DNA of 64,000 nucleotides from Salpingoeca rosetta (Eukaryota > Protista > Choanoflagellata): NCBI GenBank assembly GCA_033442325.1, contig JAWQFM010000014.1, positions 506,248 to 570,247 of the forward strand, in the 5' to 3' direction. Below are positions 1-15,261 of this stretch, in pieces. The stretch's first letter is position 1. Each line of letters starts with the position of its first letter. A model generated the notes under the pieces. It was not told the DNA's origin, searched no databases, and saw only the letters and a list, made by a program, of their open reading frames with translations. A program made the position numbers and the translations under genes.

Positions 1-2
1 AC

Positions 3-506
3 CAGGGCATTGTCACCGGTGGCCAGTACGACTCCAACCAGGGCTGCCAGCCATACAGCCTTGCCAAGTGCGAGCACCACACGACCGGCCCGTACAAGCC
101 CTGCGGCGACATTGTCCCCACCCCTGCCTGCAAGCGCTCCTGCCGCCAGGGCTACAACGTCACGTACCCGAACGACAAGCACTTTGGCGCCTCCTCGTAC
201 GGCGTGCGCGGCGTGGACCAGATTGCCACGGAGATCATGACCAACGGCCCCGTTGAGGCCGCCTTCACCGTCTACAGCGACTTCCTCTCCTACAAGTCTG
301 GCGTGTACCAGCACACCTCGGGCCAGCCCCTTGGTGGCCACGCCATCAAGATCATCGGCTGGGGTGTCCAGGACGGCACCGACTACTGGATCGTCGCCAA
401 CTCCTGGAACGATAGCTGGGGGAATGACGGGTTCTTTTGGATCAAGAAGGGCACGGACGAGTGCGGCATTGAGTCCCAGGTCGTCGCTGGCCTGCCCAAG
501 GTCTAA
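3..506 (+). CDS. CTSB: Cathepsin B (papain family C1A), C-terminal part; 5' end outside window
   Basis: Frame from nt 3 reads QGIVTGGQYDSNQGCQPYSLAKCEHHTTGPYKPCG...NGPVEAAFTVYSDFLSYKSGVYQH...GGHAIKIIGWG...YWIVANSWNDSWGNDGFFWIKKGTDECGIES. Catalytic His and Asn motifs and the cathepsin-B occluding-loop HH are present. Stop TAA 504-506. Confidence 0.96.
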   Translation, partial: QGIVTGGQYDSNQGCQPYSLAKCEHHTTGPYKPCGDIVPTPACKRSCRQGYNVTYPNDKHFGASSYGVRGVDQIATEIMTNGPVEAAFTVYSDFLSYKSGVYQHTSGQPLGGHAIKIIGWGVQDGTDYWIVANSWNDSWGNDGFFWIKKGTDECGIESQVVAGLPKV

Positions 507-879
507 ACCCATCTCTCCCTCCCGCACCACCCCCACCTTTTCATCGTGACTGTGACATCCCTCGCACACCAATTTGCTGTGTACCTGTGCTGTTTCGTGT
601 TGCGCATGTGTGCACTTGTGGCCAATCGAATGCTGCTGCGTTTGTTTGCAGATGCCCCTGTTGTGTCACGCTTGCCCAGCATTGCTTGTTTGTTTGTTTC
701 GTTGCTTCGTTTTGTCTCCACCACCTCGAGACGGATTACACACACCAAGCCGAGAGAAGATGACACTGCAGTCCGAACGAATGGTGTTCTGTGTGTATTG
801 AGTCGTTAAGTTTGAACGAGCAACAACGCAAGGGCCAGTCTAACATAACGGGAATATGTTGTTGTGTTTGGGGTAACAG

Positions 880-907
880 CTACGATGATGGTTTCCTGTG
901 AGTGAAA

Positions 908-966
<59 letters not shown>

Positions 967-1221
967 CGAGTGAGTCGACGACGTCGTTTGCATGACACTG
1001 CGGTCTTGTGAGCACCATTAGAACTAGTCCCTAAGCTCTGTTAAAGGACCATCCAACTATACGACACCCCTAAACAGTCTACTCGTGAGGTTTCTCCCGG
1101 GCGGCTTTGATGCGAACGAAATTTAGACTGTCACACCTCTTAGAGGATAATATGTTCAAAGTGGCGAGCCCACTATCCGCCGCCACACCCGTAAGCGGTT
1201 TCTAATTGACTGTCTAAAAGT

Positions 1222-1280
<59 letters not shown>

Positions 1281-1452
1281 CGAGTGAGTGACAGCGTTCA
1301 ACAAAACAGCACACGCACACACGACGCAGCAAGCGAGAGCAGCCACCACAGTGTTCGTACCTGTGCGGCAGCATTGGCTTTTTGATGTTGAACGCCTGAC
1401 CAAGCAAGGAAGCGAGTGATGTGTGAGTGAAAGGAAAGAGAGCCGGGTTCTG

Positions 1453-1550
<98 letters not shown>

Positions 1551-2452
1551 CCCCACCTCGATGATTGCCTTCCACTCCTGGTGCGACATTGACATGACGT
1601 GCTGGATGCGTCCTTGTGGCCCCGCGTTCCCGCCGTGCCAGCCCTCATCTGCTCCATCGTCATCGTCATCATCGTTGCCGTTGCCGTTGTCCGCACCACC
1701 GCGGGCTGGCTTCATCGGCTTGCCTGTGTACATGTGTGCGTATGTGTACATGTGTGTGTGTGTGTGTGAGAGTGTGTGAGAGAGAGTGAGAGTGAGAGTG
1801 AGAGTGTGTGTACATGCGTGTGTGTGTCGTCACCTCTACTTCACCCTGCGGCTGTCCCTCTTCTGCTCATGCTGTGGACTCACGGATACAGGGCAGGCCA
1901 GCTTCGTCCAGAAACAGCTCCACGGCGCCGTCTTTTACCTGCAAGCAGGGATCACTCGGAGTACATGAGCGTACAAGCGAGTGCTTCATGTCGGTAGTGT
2001 TTCAACAACAGACACAAACAAACAAACAAACAAACAAACAAACAAAACAAGCAAACAAACAAACAGCCCCCCCCCCCTGACCAGGAAGCTAAAGTGGAAG
2101 ATGTTCTCGACCGTCTGCCCAAAGTCGCGCGGATTGACAAGAAACTCAAAGTAGCCGACGCGCGGGTACCGCTCCGGGTGCCGCCGCTTCGACGCAGCCA
2201 GCGCCTGCGCACACGCACCGTACATGATAAGGTGAGTTGGCGTGTATGTATCTGTGTGTGCATGTGTCTGTGTGTGAGAAAGTAACAAGCACACACACAC
2301 ACATGCGTTCGCATACAAACACATTGCACACATGTACCTTGCCGAGGTACTTTGTGACCTCTTTTACGCGTGCTGCCGTCAAGTCTTGCTCGTTTTCAAG
2401 ATCTGACAAGTTCTGTTCACAGGCGTTTGAACGAGGGTACCGCGTCAATGGA

Positions 2453-2534
<82 letters not shown>

Positions 2535-3945
2535 ACGTGCTTGTGTGTGGTGACAACCTGTTGAAGCATGTAACAGCAACGACAAAAGGGAAACTCCTCA
2601 GCCCACAACACTGCCTGTGTGCATATGCGAACCAACACCCCCTCCCCCACAAACACGGCACGTACAGAGGAAGGGACGACCGCCTTTGATTTGTCGAATG
2701 TGGTGCGCTGTGTGGGCTTGGCGACTTGGCGTTTCGACAGGTCCATGCTCAAGGGGCCGTACCTGGCATGGAGGTGTTGATGCAGGGATGGTTGAATGGA
2801 AGGAAGAAGAAGAGGGGGTAGGGGGGTTTTGAGTTGTTGAGCTGTTGTGTGCAGTGGTGGAAAGATACGTGCAGCTTGCCAAAACGCTGCACGTGCACGT
2901 GGTGGTGGTGGTGGTGGTGGTGGTGGTGATCATGATTGTGGAGGGAAGTTCCGCAGCACACACATACACACATGCATGCACACGCACACACGCACACACA
3001 CACACCAACATACACACACATACATACAACACAACACACACCACGCACATCATGGAAACGAGGGGAAGTGGCTGTGCGATTGAGGAAGCAACTTGACCCA
3101 CGACGGCCCAGTCCAGCTTGGCACGCTTCGCTGGCTGAGCACCACCCTATCAAACACCCGCACCACAAACACAGACGTGAGGAGGATGCAGCACATATCA
3201 TAGGCACATAACATGGCGTACACCATGCGTACATTTACACTCACGTGCATGCTCGCACTCACACACACACACACAGGCATACACTCACACACACACATAT
3301 ACTCACACACACGCGCGCACATACACATGTACAAACCACCCCCTATGACTCCCACCAAATTAACACACTTTGAATGCGAGTTGTGTCACTTGCTCGGCAA
3401 AGGAAACCTTGTCCAGTGGCACGTAGGTTGTCTCCAGCGCTTGCGTCTGAGCGTCATGCACGTGCAGTGATGGTCATAGTGAGAATCAAGACCTCTCCCA
3501 TCACAGCAGCAAACACCCATCCGCCTGCCCACATTCACATTCACACTCTCGCACACTCACACGCACACGCATACACGCACACGCACGCACAGACCTGCCG
3601 ATTGACAATCTTTGACAGCTTCAGCAGCGCGTGTGTCTCGAGAAGGCCCTCCCTTGTGGTGCTTACTGCATATATTGCAATGCGCATCAGGCAAATCGCG
3701 TCACGACGCGGTGCACAACCGCATCATCGCACAAAGCACACACACACACACACACATACACACACACAGTGATTGCTGACCGTTCTTGCGCTGAGCATCG
3801 AATCTGTTGAACACTTCTTGATAGTGAGGGTTTCCCGGCACGCTCAGATCCTCCTGTCGCTCTGCACCCAAAATCGAAACAGCGGTCTCGATGGTCAGTA
3901 AACACACACGTATGCACACACACATCACACATCACACATCACACA

Positions 3946-3983
<38 letters not shown>

Positions 3984-4133
3984 ACACACATCACGCACAT
4001 CACATCACATGTACACACCGTCAATGTCTCGGAGGATGTTGCGGAAGTCTTGGCGCACTTTCCTTTGCTCGGCATTCTTTTGCGCCTGTTTCCGCCGGGC
4101 CTCCATGCTCGGCACCAGCGACGCCTCAGACAT
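880..4133 (-). CDS. NSE4: NSE4 / EID3-like kleisin subunit of the SMC5/6 complex (multi-exon)
   Basis: ATG 4133 MSEASLVPSMEARRKQ..QRKVRQDFRNILRDID. Nse4_C motif YFEFLVNPRDFGQTVENIFHFSFL|VKDG (~2080-2165, 1939). C-terminus QHVMSMSHQEWKAIIE|AFNIKKPMLPHR. Last exon predicted at 880-895 (R-KPSS*) after acceptor ttttcactcacag. Confidence 0.88.
976..1223. mobile_element. 248-bp insertion flanked by an exact 66-bp direct repeat (putative target-site duplication) inside the last NSE4 intron
   Basis: G(TG)27AGCGAGTGAGT occurs identically at 910-975 and 1224-1289. The insert is unusually rich in TA/TAA/TAG, lacks microsatellites, contains inverted repeats and ends in aaaagtaa. Confidence 0.55.
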
Positions 4134-5065
4134 GACGCTATGCTTCGTCAACTACGCTGCTTCCTCTCGTCCTCTGCACTTGTGTCTCACAACAACAACA
4201 GGCACAACAACGTCTGCTCCTTGTGCTTGGCGCGCTCGTTCCGTTTTGCTCGTTGTTTTTTTTTTTGCCACGAGTGGTTTATGAGGTTTTACCCACTGCG
4301 CAAAACCTTGAAGCTCGTTTTTGTGGGGTCTCCGACGTCATTTTGATTGACGAGCATTTGCTGGCATCTTCAAAGAATGCTCTGCGCCCTTTCGCTTCAC
4401 AAAAAATGACGTCAGCGTGCCCAACCTTTGATCGCATGCACTTTTAACTTCAAATTTTTCTTCTTTTTTTTTTTCCCTTCCTCCACCCAACCAGAAGAAA
4501 CCAAAAGCAACAAAGCAGAGACAGAGCGCCACCTGTTTCCTGCAACAGGTCTGCTGGTATTCTCTCTCCTGTTCTTGCTTCATGGCCCTTGTTTGCTTGA
4601 CAGTGCTGCGACCAGACGGCCACGCAATCGAATGCGCCTGCCACCCGCCAGCATTCAATCTTACACCCATTTGCACACCCCTCGCGTTGTCGCCTCGCTC
4701 ATCTCAGCGCTATCATCACATCACATCATCAGCCTCGTCCGTGGCTGCGCTGGCGTTGCTCCTGCTTCGTTTGCGTGTGTGTATGTGTGTGTTCCCTCAG
4801 CCACGCACACTTGGATGCATTCTCCCATGAGCCAAACAACAACAGCTGGGCCTGAAACCGATCTCTGATTAGCCTCCCACACCTTTTGTTTGACATTGTT
4901 TTGGTTGTTTTCAGCCTTACTTGCCTTCCTTGCCTTCCTTGCCTTCCTTGCTTCCATCCGTTCCCTTCCCTTCCTCCCTGAACAACCAAGTTAGCAAGCC
5001 AGCGAGCCTTGCACCCAGCAACACCCCCCCCCCCGAACTGCTCACATTCAGTGCATGCAGAGTGC

Positions 5066-6509
5066 ATGCATAATCGTGGGCCCCACCGCGTTCCCTCCAC
5101 CTCGCAACTACAACATACACAGCTGTTTGGCATGCCGACTTCCCCATCAGCTACAGCAACTACAAAGGTGGAGAGCCTGCTGTCGCCGTCGACCATCAAC
5201 GGCGCTGCGTTTGCACTGAACGGCAGCTCCTTCAACACCGCTCACAACACTACCAGCAGCAAAAGCAACAGCAAGAGCAACGGCAACACCAACAGCAAGA
5301 GCAACGGCAGCAGTGGCACCAACGCCACCGAAGACGACAGCAGCGATGGCAAGCACGTTTGCCACGCCTGCGGCAAGGACTACTCGCGGCGATCGGACCT
5401 CGTCGTGCACCTGCGCACCCACACGGGGGAAAAGCCGTTTGTGTGTGACAAGTGCAACAAGTCCTTCACCAAGAAGAGCCACCTCACGCGCCATCGCAAG
5501 ATCCACACCGGCGAGAAGCCCTTCTCCTGCGGCTTCTGCGGCAAGAAGCACGCGCGCATGAGCGACCTCAAGGTGCACCTGCGCACCCACACGGGCGAGC
5601 GGCCATACTCGTGCTCCATCTGCGGCAAGTCGTTTATCACGTCCAGTCACGTGCGCATGCACGAGCGCACGCACGACGACGCGCGACACTTCTCCTGCCC
5701 GCTCTGCTCCAAACCGTTCAAGACAAAGCCGGGCCTGAAGCAGCACCTCAAGACGGGGCACAACGCAGACCCCGAGCGCGTGAAGCAGCTGTGCGTCGGC
5801 ATCCCCTACGCTCGAGCTGTCGCACCCACCCCTGCAAAGCAGAACCGCGCCAGCACCGGCTCATCCACTGCATCCAGCACACAAGGTCGCCAGGCAGACG
5901 CCACCACCGCTGCGGCTGCCAGCGACCAGAAGCGTTCGAGGAGAGGCCGCAGCACAAAGGCCGCATCACATGCGTCCGCATCGTTGTCGTCGACAGCAGC
6001 AGCCGGCACAACGGCGATACCAACGTGTTTGGCATCTGCGCCCCCCTTGTCGAGCAGTGGCCTGCCCCCGCTGTTCACCTCCGCGTCTGCGTTTCCATCA
6101 ACGCCCATGTCGCCCTCCGATGTGTTGCTGCAGTCGTTGACCAGCGGCGCCACCGCAGCCACGACCACCGCACAACAGCAGCAGCAACCACGGCAGCAAC
6201 AGCGACAGGGAAGGTTTGAGTTTCCGTCAAACACCATGGCACCCTCTCTCTCTGCCGCAAGCCTTCAGCAACAACAACAACAACAACAATCGCAACCACC
6301 GCAACAGCAGCAGCCGGCGGGGCTAGTCATGGCGGATGGGGACACAAAGATTTCGCTGTCGACCCTGCAACAGCTGTCGCCGCAACTCATTGCACAGCTG
6401 CTGCAGCTTGGCATCATCTTACCCACGGGCCAGGATGCTTTTGCTCTCGCGCCACACATGGCGGCAAACGCAAACGCAAACGCCATTAGACAACCACAAC
6501 AACAACAGC

Positions 6510-6590
<81 letters not shown>

Positions 6591-7249
6591 CGCAGCTTGC
6601 AGAGCCGTGGCTGTTGTCGTTTGAGTCGTCAGAATTGAACCAGCCGCTCATTAATCCATTTGATGGTGAGAGCCCCTTCTCCCTCTCCCCTCTCGACTCG
6701 CCAACCCCATCCTCCAGTGCCGCCAACAACAACACCAACGCCCTGCCGCCGCTCGTGTTCCAGTCGGCCAACACCCCCCACACTAACACCAACACCGCCA
6801 ATACCCCCAACCCCGATATCAACACCAACACCAACACCAACACCAACACCAGCATCAATGCCGCCACCAATTTCACCACAAACAACAACAGCAATATGTA
6901 CAACACCAACACCAGCTCTGCAGCTCAGGCAAGCGCATACAGCACCGCCAGCGTCACTGATGGTGGGGGTGTGGCCGACACCATCCCCATGATCCCCAGC
7001 TTCACTTCCAGCCGCAACATCAACACGCTTGGCATGTCGTCTGTCTTTGCGCCCGCGCTGTCCCCCGTCACCATGCCTGAGGAAGCGGCGTTGGCGCCAG
7101 TGGCGGGCGGAAACACGGAGAGCGACGAGCTGGCTGCGCTTCTTGACTCGGACTTTGCCGCTGATTTTCCGCTCTTTGACGACTTTCCCCTCTCCCCCTC
7201 GCCCACACAGGACACCACTGGCGCAGCCGCCAACCAGAGCACAGCGTGA
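5066..7249 (+). CDS. C2H2 zinc-finger transcription factor (5 fingers, polyQ, acidic C-terminal activation-like motif), intronless
   Basis: Five CxxC-x12-HxxxH units with TGEKP/TGERP linkers (~5355-5765), a (CAA)n polyQ tract at ~6497-6589, and C-terminal DELAALLDSDFAADFPLFDDFPL. First in-frame ATG 5066 (alternative 5132). Confidence 0.93.
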
Positions 7250-7313
7250 CCTGTCAACTTGCTGCCGTGTCGTGCCATACACACGCCCATGTGCATTTGT
7301 GTGTATGTGTGTG

Positions 7314-7368
<55 letters not shown>

Positions 7369-7820
7369 CGTGTGTGTGTGTGTGTGTGTTGTGTGTGCTT
7401 TTGCACACGCAATTGCATGCATGCATGCATCTTTTGAAAGCGTGCTTTCTGTTATTGCCCCCACCCTTCGTGTTTCGTTTAGGTTTTGGCGACAACATGT
7501 GCCTGCAAGCAATACTCGTCTCATCCTGTGACAGAACCCACACGCCTGCCTGCCTGCATCCCTCGTCACTATTGAACTCCAACAGCACATGTGTTATTCC
7601 ACAATACACGATACGACTATGCATCTTTCTTGGCTCGTGCATATTATTGTCTATCTTCCGTGTGCCAATTAAGCAAGCAAACAAGACCCTGCTGGGGATG
7701 TAACGTAGCCGCCGCCGTACATACATGCATGCATGCATGTATGCGTGCGTGCCTCAAGCTTTCCTTCTCATCTTGCGTGCAACCCTTGCACGAGTCAGCT
7801 CGTGCGCAAGTAAGGTCGCA

Positions 7821-10185
<2,365 letters not shown>

Positions 10186-10337
10186 CCTTTTGTCCGCTTT
10201 TTGCTGATGTCAAGATTGAATGAATGCAAACATGCGTGCACGCACACAAACACACAAGCGTTTGTCCACATGCACACACACATACACATACACACACACA
10301 CGCGCATCCACACACAGGGTAACAAGCAAAGCAGCAG

Positions 10338-12622
10338 CTATGTGAAGACCACTTGTACGCCAGCAAAAGCATTGGGGTCAAGCGCTGTGCACAAGCGAGC
10401 AACATCCACGCCTGCGTGTGTATGGAGATACAGCTTGCGGGGACGGACGAGCGAGTTGAGCAGGTATCGCCGTGCATTGTCCATGCCATCCCCACCACTC
10501 AACCGCACGTCAACAAACACATCGCCGCCGTACGCCGCAAGCGCATGCAGCATTGCCACCACATAGCAATCAGTGTGCAGGCCTAGTGGCTGCACATCTG
10601 CATGCGCTGATGACGACGATGGTCGTGCAGCGTGACGCGTGTCGTCAGACCACACCATATGCGGTGCATGAGAACCATGACGCAACGCCCCTCTCCCATC
10701 TGCCTCATCAGCGTCACCACGCCCACCACGCCCATCAAGCCTGCCATCATCACCGTTGAGCCCATCCACTTGCGGGCTGCACACGCCCTGGTCAGCACTA
10801 CTCTCCACTTCGCTGGTCGCATGTGCTGCTCCTACGGGAACACGCACGCGCATGCGAGCCCGCCGCGATGATGCTGGCCGTGCCAGTGACGACGCAGCGG
10901 CGGCAAGCACTGCTCGTGCAAGGGTGACGCTGTCCGCACCTGCCTCACGCGTGGAGGGCGATGATGCTCGTTGGCCGGACGCGCCAAACTGGGCCAGCAC
11001 GTCTGATAAGGATAGCACCGTGCGCATTGCAGCTGCTCTCTTGCCGTCGTTAGTACTGCCGTCATCGCTTCCGCTGCTGTTGTCGCTGTTGTCGCTACTG
11101 TCGTTGTCGTTGTCACTGGGTACATCTGTGGTGGACACGTGGTGGCATGTGCTGAGCCACGAGGCCGCAGCCCGCATGGGCCTGGTCCATGATGTGAGCG
11201 CAAACGTCAGCGTTTCTTCAGGTGAATCTTCAACCACAAACTCAATCACGTCGCCCAGGCACACGCGGTGCATGCGTGTGCAGTCGTTGTCATCGTCACC
11301 AAGCAGGTACATCCGCACACCCACGCGCCCGGGGCGGCGCACACGCGCACCGTCAACCCCTACGCCGTGCTGCACACCACCACCCACAACCCTTCTCCCA
11401 TCACCACGCCAATCTGCTTCATCACCATCGCCATCAACACAGCCGAAACCCTCCTCGTCTCCTTCTTCCGGCTGCTGTTGATGATGATGCTGATGATTGG
11501 GATGTCGGTGTTGCTCCCGTACTCCTTCTGCAACATCGCCACCATCATCTCCATCACCACTGTCATCACCACCATGGCCTACCTCCTCCCCTTCTTCCTC
11601 ATTGCCGTCACGGCTGTTGTTGTGGTCGATATTGTCACCACCAGCAGTAGCGCCGGGCAGTCGAAACTGTCTGGAGAGCGTCGTGCCAAGCAGCTGATGT
11701 GCGGTGAAGAATGGCATGAACGCGAGGCGCCCAAGCGCAGCCACAACTGCTCGGTGCTGTGTGCGCACCACAACGCGCATCGGCAAGCAAGCACGCTTTG
11801 CTGTGGTGTCCTGGGTGGTGGTGGTTGGGGTGGCGGCTGGTTCCTGCAGCTGGACATTACCACCATTACCACCATCATCATCATCATCATCATCATCATC
11901 TTCACCATCATCACCGTCACCAGCATCAGCATCAGCATGGGATGATAGGTGTGGCCGCTTGCTGGACGCTGTTGCTGCTTGTGCCCTGCGTTTGGCCTGT
12001 GCTGCCTCTGCGTCCCTCTCCCTTTCGCGTGCAGCGGCATGCAAGGCTGGTTGCTTCGGTGCCGTCGCCAGAAGGCGTGGCTGGCGCGTGGGGGACTGAC
12101 GGCTCCACACGGCGAAGCGTGGCGTGACAATCCAGCCGTACACTGCAAAGCGCGGTCGCTGCGTGCTGCCGCCGCCCAGAACAGGTGTCACCTCGTGCAG
12201 GCGGGGGACAGCAAAGTGGACCAACATGTTGTGTTGTGGCACAATCTGCTGCCCAGTCTCGTGGTCCACAAACAGGCCACCATCCTGCCGGCTGTATGTG
12301 GCATGCACGAGGTAGAGGACAACCGCCCTACGCCTTCGAAACGAGCGGCAGAGCGCATCCTCGTCGCGATGCGAGGCCAAGTAGCAGCCGCGCGTGTACT
12401 TGGACACATTCAACAGCAGTCGTTCATGGTCCTTGTTCACGCGCAGTCGCTGCTCCAGGTGGCTCCGAATCCTCTTCATCAACCCGCACAGCACCAATCT
12501 CTGTTCCTCGCACTCATCGCGTTGCGAGTCACCATCATCACTGTCGTTGTTGCGGTCGTCGTCGCTGTTGTTGCCGTCGTCGCTGTTGTTGTTGTTGCTG
12601 TTTTCGTCGTCGTCGTCGTCGT

Positions 12623-12711
<89 letters not shown>

Positions 12712-13097
12712 GCTCTATCGCTGCTATTACTGTCCTCACTGCCTTGCCCTTGCCATTGCCCTTGTCTCCGGCTTCCTTCAACAACCTCTCCATGATAACC
12801 ACTATCGCTGCCACGGTGACCACGATGACCATGTGCTGCGATCACGATTGGCGGCGTCTGCAGATCCGACCGCAGCCGATAGAACCGCATGGGCTGCTCG
12901 GTTTTTCTTGTTTCCTCAAGTTGCCATGCCGCATCCGACAGGGCATCCAGCGTGTTGAACATTTCGCTGGCGAGCGCAGCTGGAAGCACGCCGGCCTCCG
13001 TCACCGTCAACCCAGCGGCGCCATGCCGCCGCGCTTCCTCCTCCTGCACCCGCGTCGCCCCAGCCGCCACAACCGCGTCCGATGCCAGTCGTTCCAT
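10338..13097 (-). CDS. 2-oxoglutarate/Fe(II)-dependent dioxygenase (prolyl-hydroxylase / OGFOD1-Tpa1-like fold) with acidic low-complexity inserts and an unassigned C-terminal region
   Basis: Long uninterrupted ORF. YLASHRD (HxD), RRRAVVLYL, DGGLF, PQHNMLVHF..RLHEVTPV (distal His), RFAVYGW (2OG-binding Arg). ATG 13097. Confidence 0.8.
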
Positions 13098-13307
13098 GAG
13101 CAGGTAGCAACAGCATAAATTGTGATGTAGATGTGCCTGCAAGCTTTTGCGTTTTGCTCTTCCTTGCTTGTTTTCCTCTCAAGCAAGCAAGCAAGCGAGG
13201 CGCATTGTCCACGCCCACCAAACCCAGCACCTCATGCAAAACAACAAGCAGACGAGCAGGAAGACAAGCACAGCGGTGTATTTGAAGGAAGCGAGGACCT
13301 CAGGACA

Positions 13308-13886
13308 ATGGCTGCTGGTAGTGCTTGTAGTAGTGGTGGTGGTGGTGGTGCCTCTTCGACGCGATGGTGGCATGTGTTGGCAGGGATCATGGCAGCCGTT
13401 GCCTTGCTCGCTGCAAGATTCAGCACACAGGCTGCTGCACAGTCTTTTCCAGATGGCGATACGTACACGCTGGAGTTGACTGTGTTGAATACTCTGACTT
13501 GTGCCACACAGCCGATATCCTTGGGTGCGCTGGCCAACAGCGTCAACCCAACGCTTATTGTGACAGGGCGATCGTCGGTCGCTTCTTGCACGGTGATTGT
13601 TGAGTTGCCAACGATGGTGGACAGCTTCACCATTGACGTTGCTGGAGACGCTTCGGGGTCAGCCGTGACGATCCGTGTCAACACCTTGGAGACTGTCAAT
13701 ACATTGCACATCATCGATGAAGCAGGCATCATCAATGTGGACATGCCTTCGCTCGGCACTCTGGATTTGTTGGTGGTCTCCAGTTCCAACGGAGCAGAAC
13801 TTTCAGTGGCCATCGGTGAATCAGCATCGTACGTGTCACGCGGCGTGTGTGTGTGTGTGTGTGTGAGGTGTGTGTGTGTGTGTGTG

Positions 13887-13964
<78 letters not shown>

Positions 13965-15189
13965 GTTGATTGGCGTTCCTTGCCACAATCGTTTCACTAC
14001 TTCTCCTCACTCAGTCACACCCCACTCACTCCTCGTGCGCCTCACCACAACCACACACCATGACAATAGGAGCGATGTCCCAGATCTGTTTGGCATCTCG
14101 CGCCTTGGAAGCTTGAATGTGGGCGATGGCACTGGTATCCTCGAGTTGCAGCTTCATGGAGCATGCGCCACTGTGGATGCGCTCAAAGCAGTAACGTCAA
14201 GCACCACAACCGTCCCCAAGTGGACCGTCACCTTTGATACCTTTGTACGGGCAATGCACGAGCAGCTCCCCTTTGCTCGTTTGGGGGCTGTTGTTGTTCT
14301 GTTTTTGTTGGCTTTGTCTATTTGTTGATGTCGTGCGAGAATGACGACAGACTAACCAGAGCACTTGGCTGAGGCGTGCTTGGAGTGTTCAGCGGTGTCT
14401 GTTTTGCTGCCACGTTTACACTTCGTTCTCACTGCATAATCCTCGCACATGCACAATTTAGGTTGGCATTGCTGATGTGGCGACCTGGCCAGAATTGTTG
14501 GTGGCTTGGAACGGGCAATTCACACCCGTGTCGGATGTTGTGGCAGGGGTACCTGAGGTGCCCCAGATTTGCAGCGCGAATGGGTTTGACCCGCTGGTGT
14601 CACAGCCGCCAACCTACTCCCCAAACACGACCACAGCGACCGCAACAAACACGACAAACGCAGTGAACACAACGACCACAACGACAGTGACGGGCAACGA
14701 TCGCATTCCAAAGCCAACTACGCTGCCTCCGCCTCACTTCACGACGACCACAACGACTACAACCACAACACCGACCACGATCATAAACACAACCACAACA
14801 CCGGCAACCACAACAACCACAACCACAACAACCACAACAACCACAACAACCACAACAACCACAACAACCACCACAACGTCACCTCAGCAATTCACCACAA
14901 CTACAACCACGACTACGCAGCCACCAACGACAACGACAACCACGACTACGCTTCCACCAACAACCACGACCACAACAACAACCCTTCCCGTCACAGTTAC
15001 ACAGACGACGTCCTCGTCGCCTTCGTCCAGCTTGAGCGTCAATCCAGCACTTGGCTCGACGTCGGGCACGGGCGTGGGCATGAACGCCGCTTCCTCTTCG
15101 TCCTCAACGACGACTGCTGGGCCCGGTGGGCCCGGGTCTTCTCCCTCAAACTCAGATGCCTCCAAATGGGCTGTTCCTGCCGGCGCCGC

Positions 15190-15261
<72 letters not shown>

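Noticed and set aside
1156-1212. Alternative NSE4 terminal exon inside the insert (RQSIRNRLRVWRRIVGSPL*)
   Set aside because: Possible cryptic TTTTAG acceptor, but the acceptor at 896-897 has host-typical context; cannot be resolved without RNA data.
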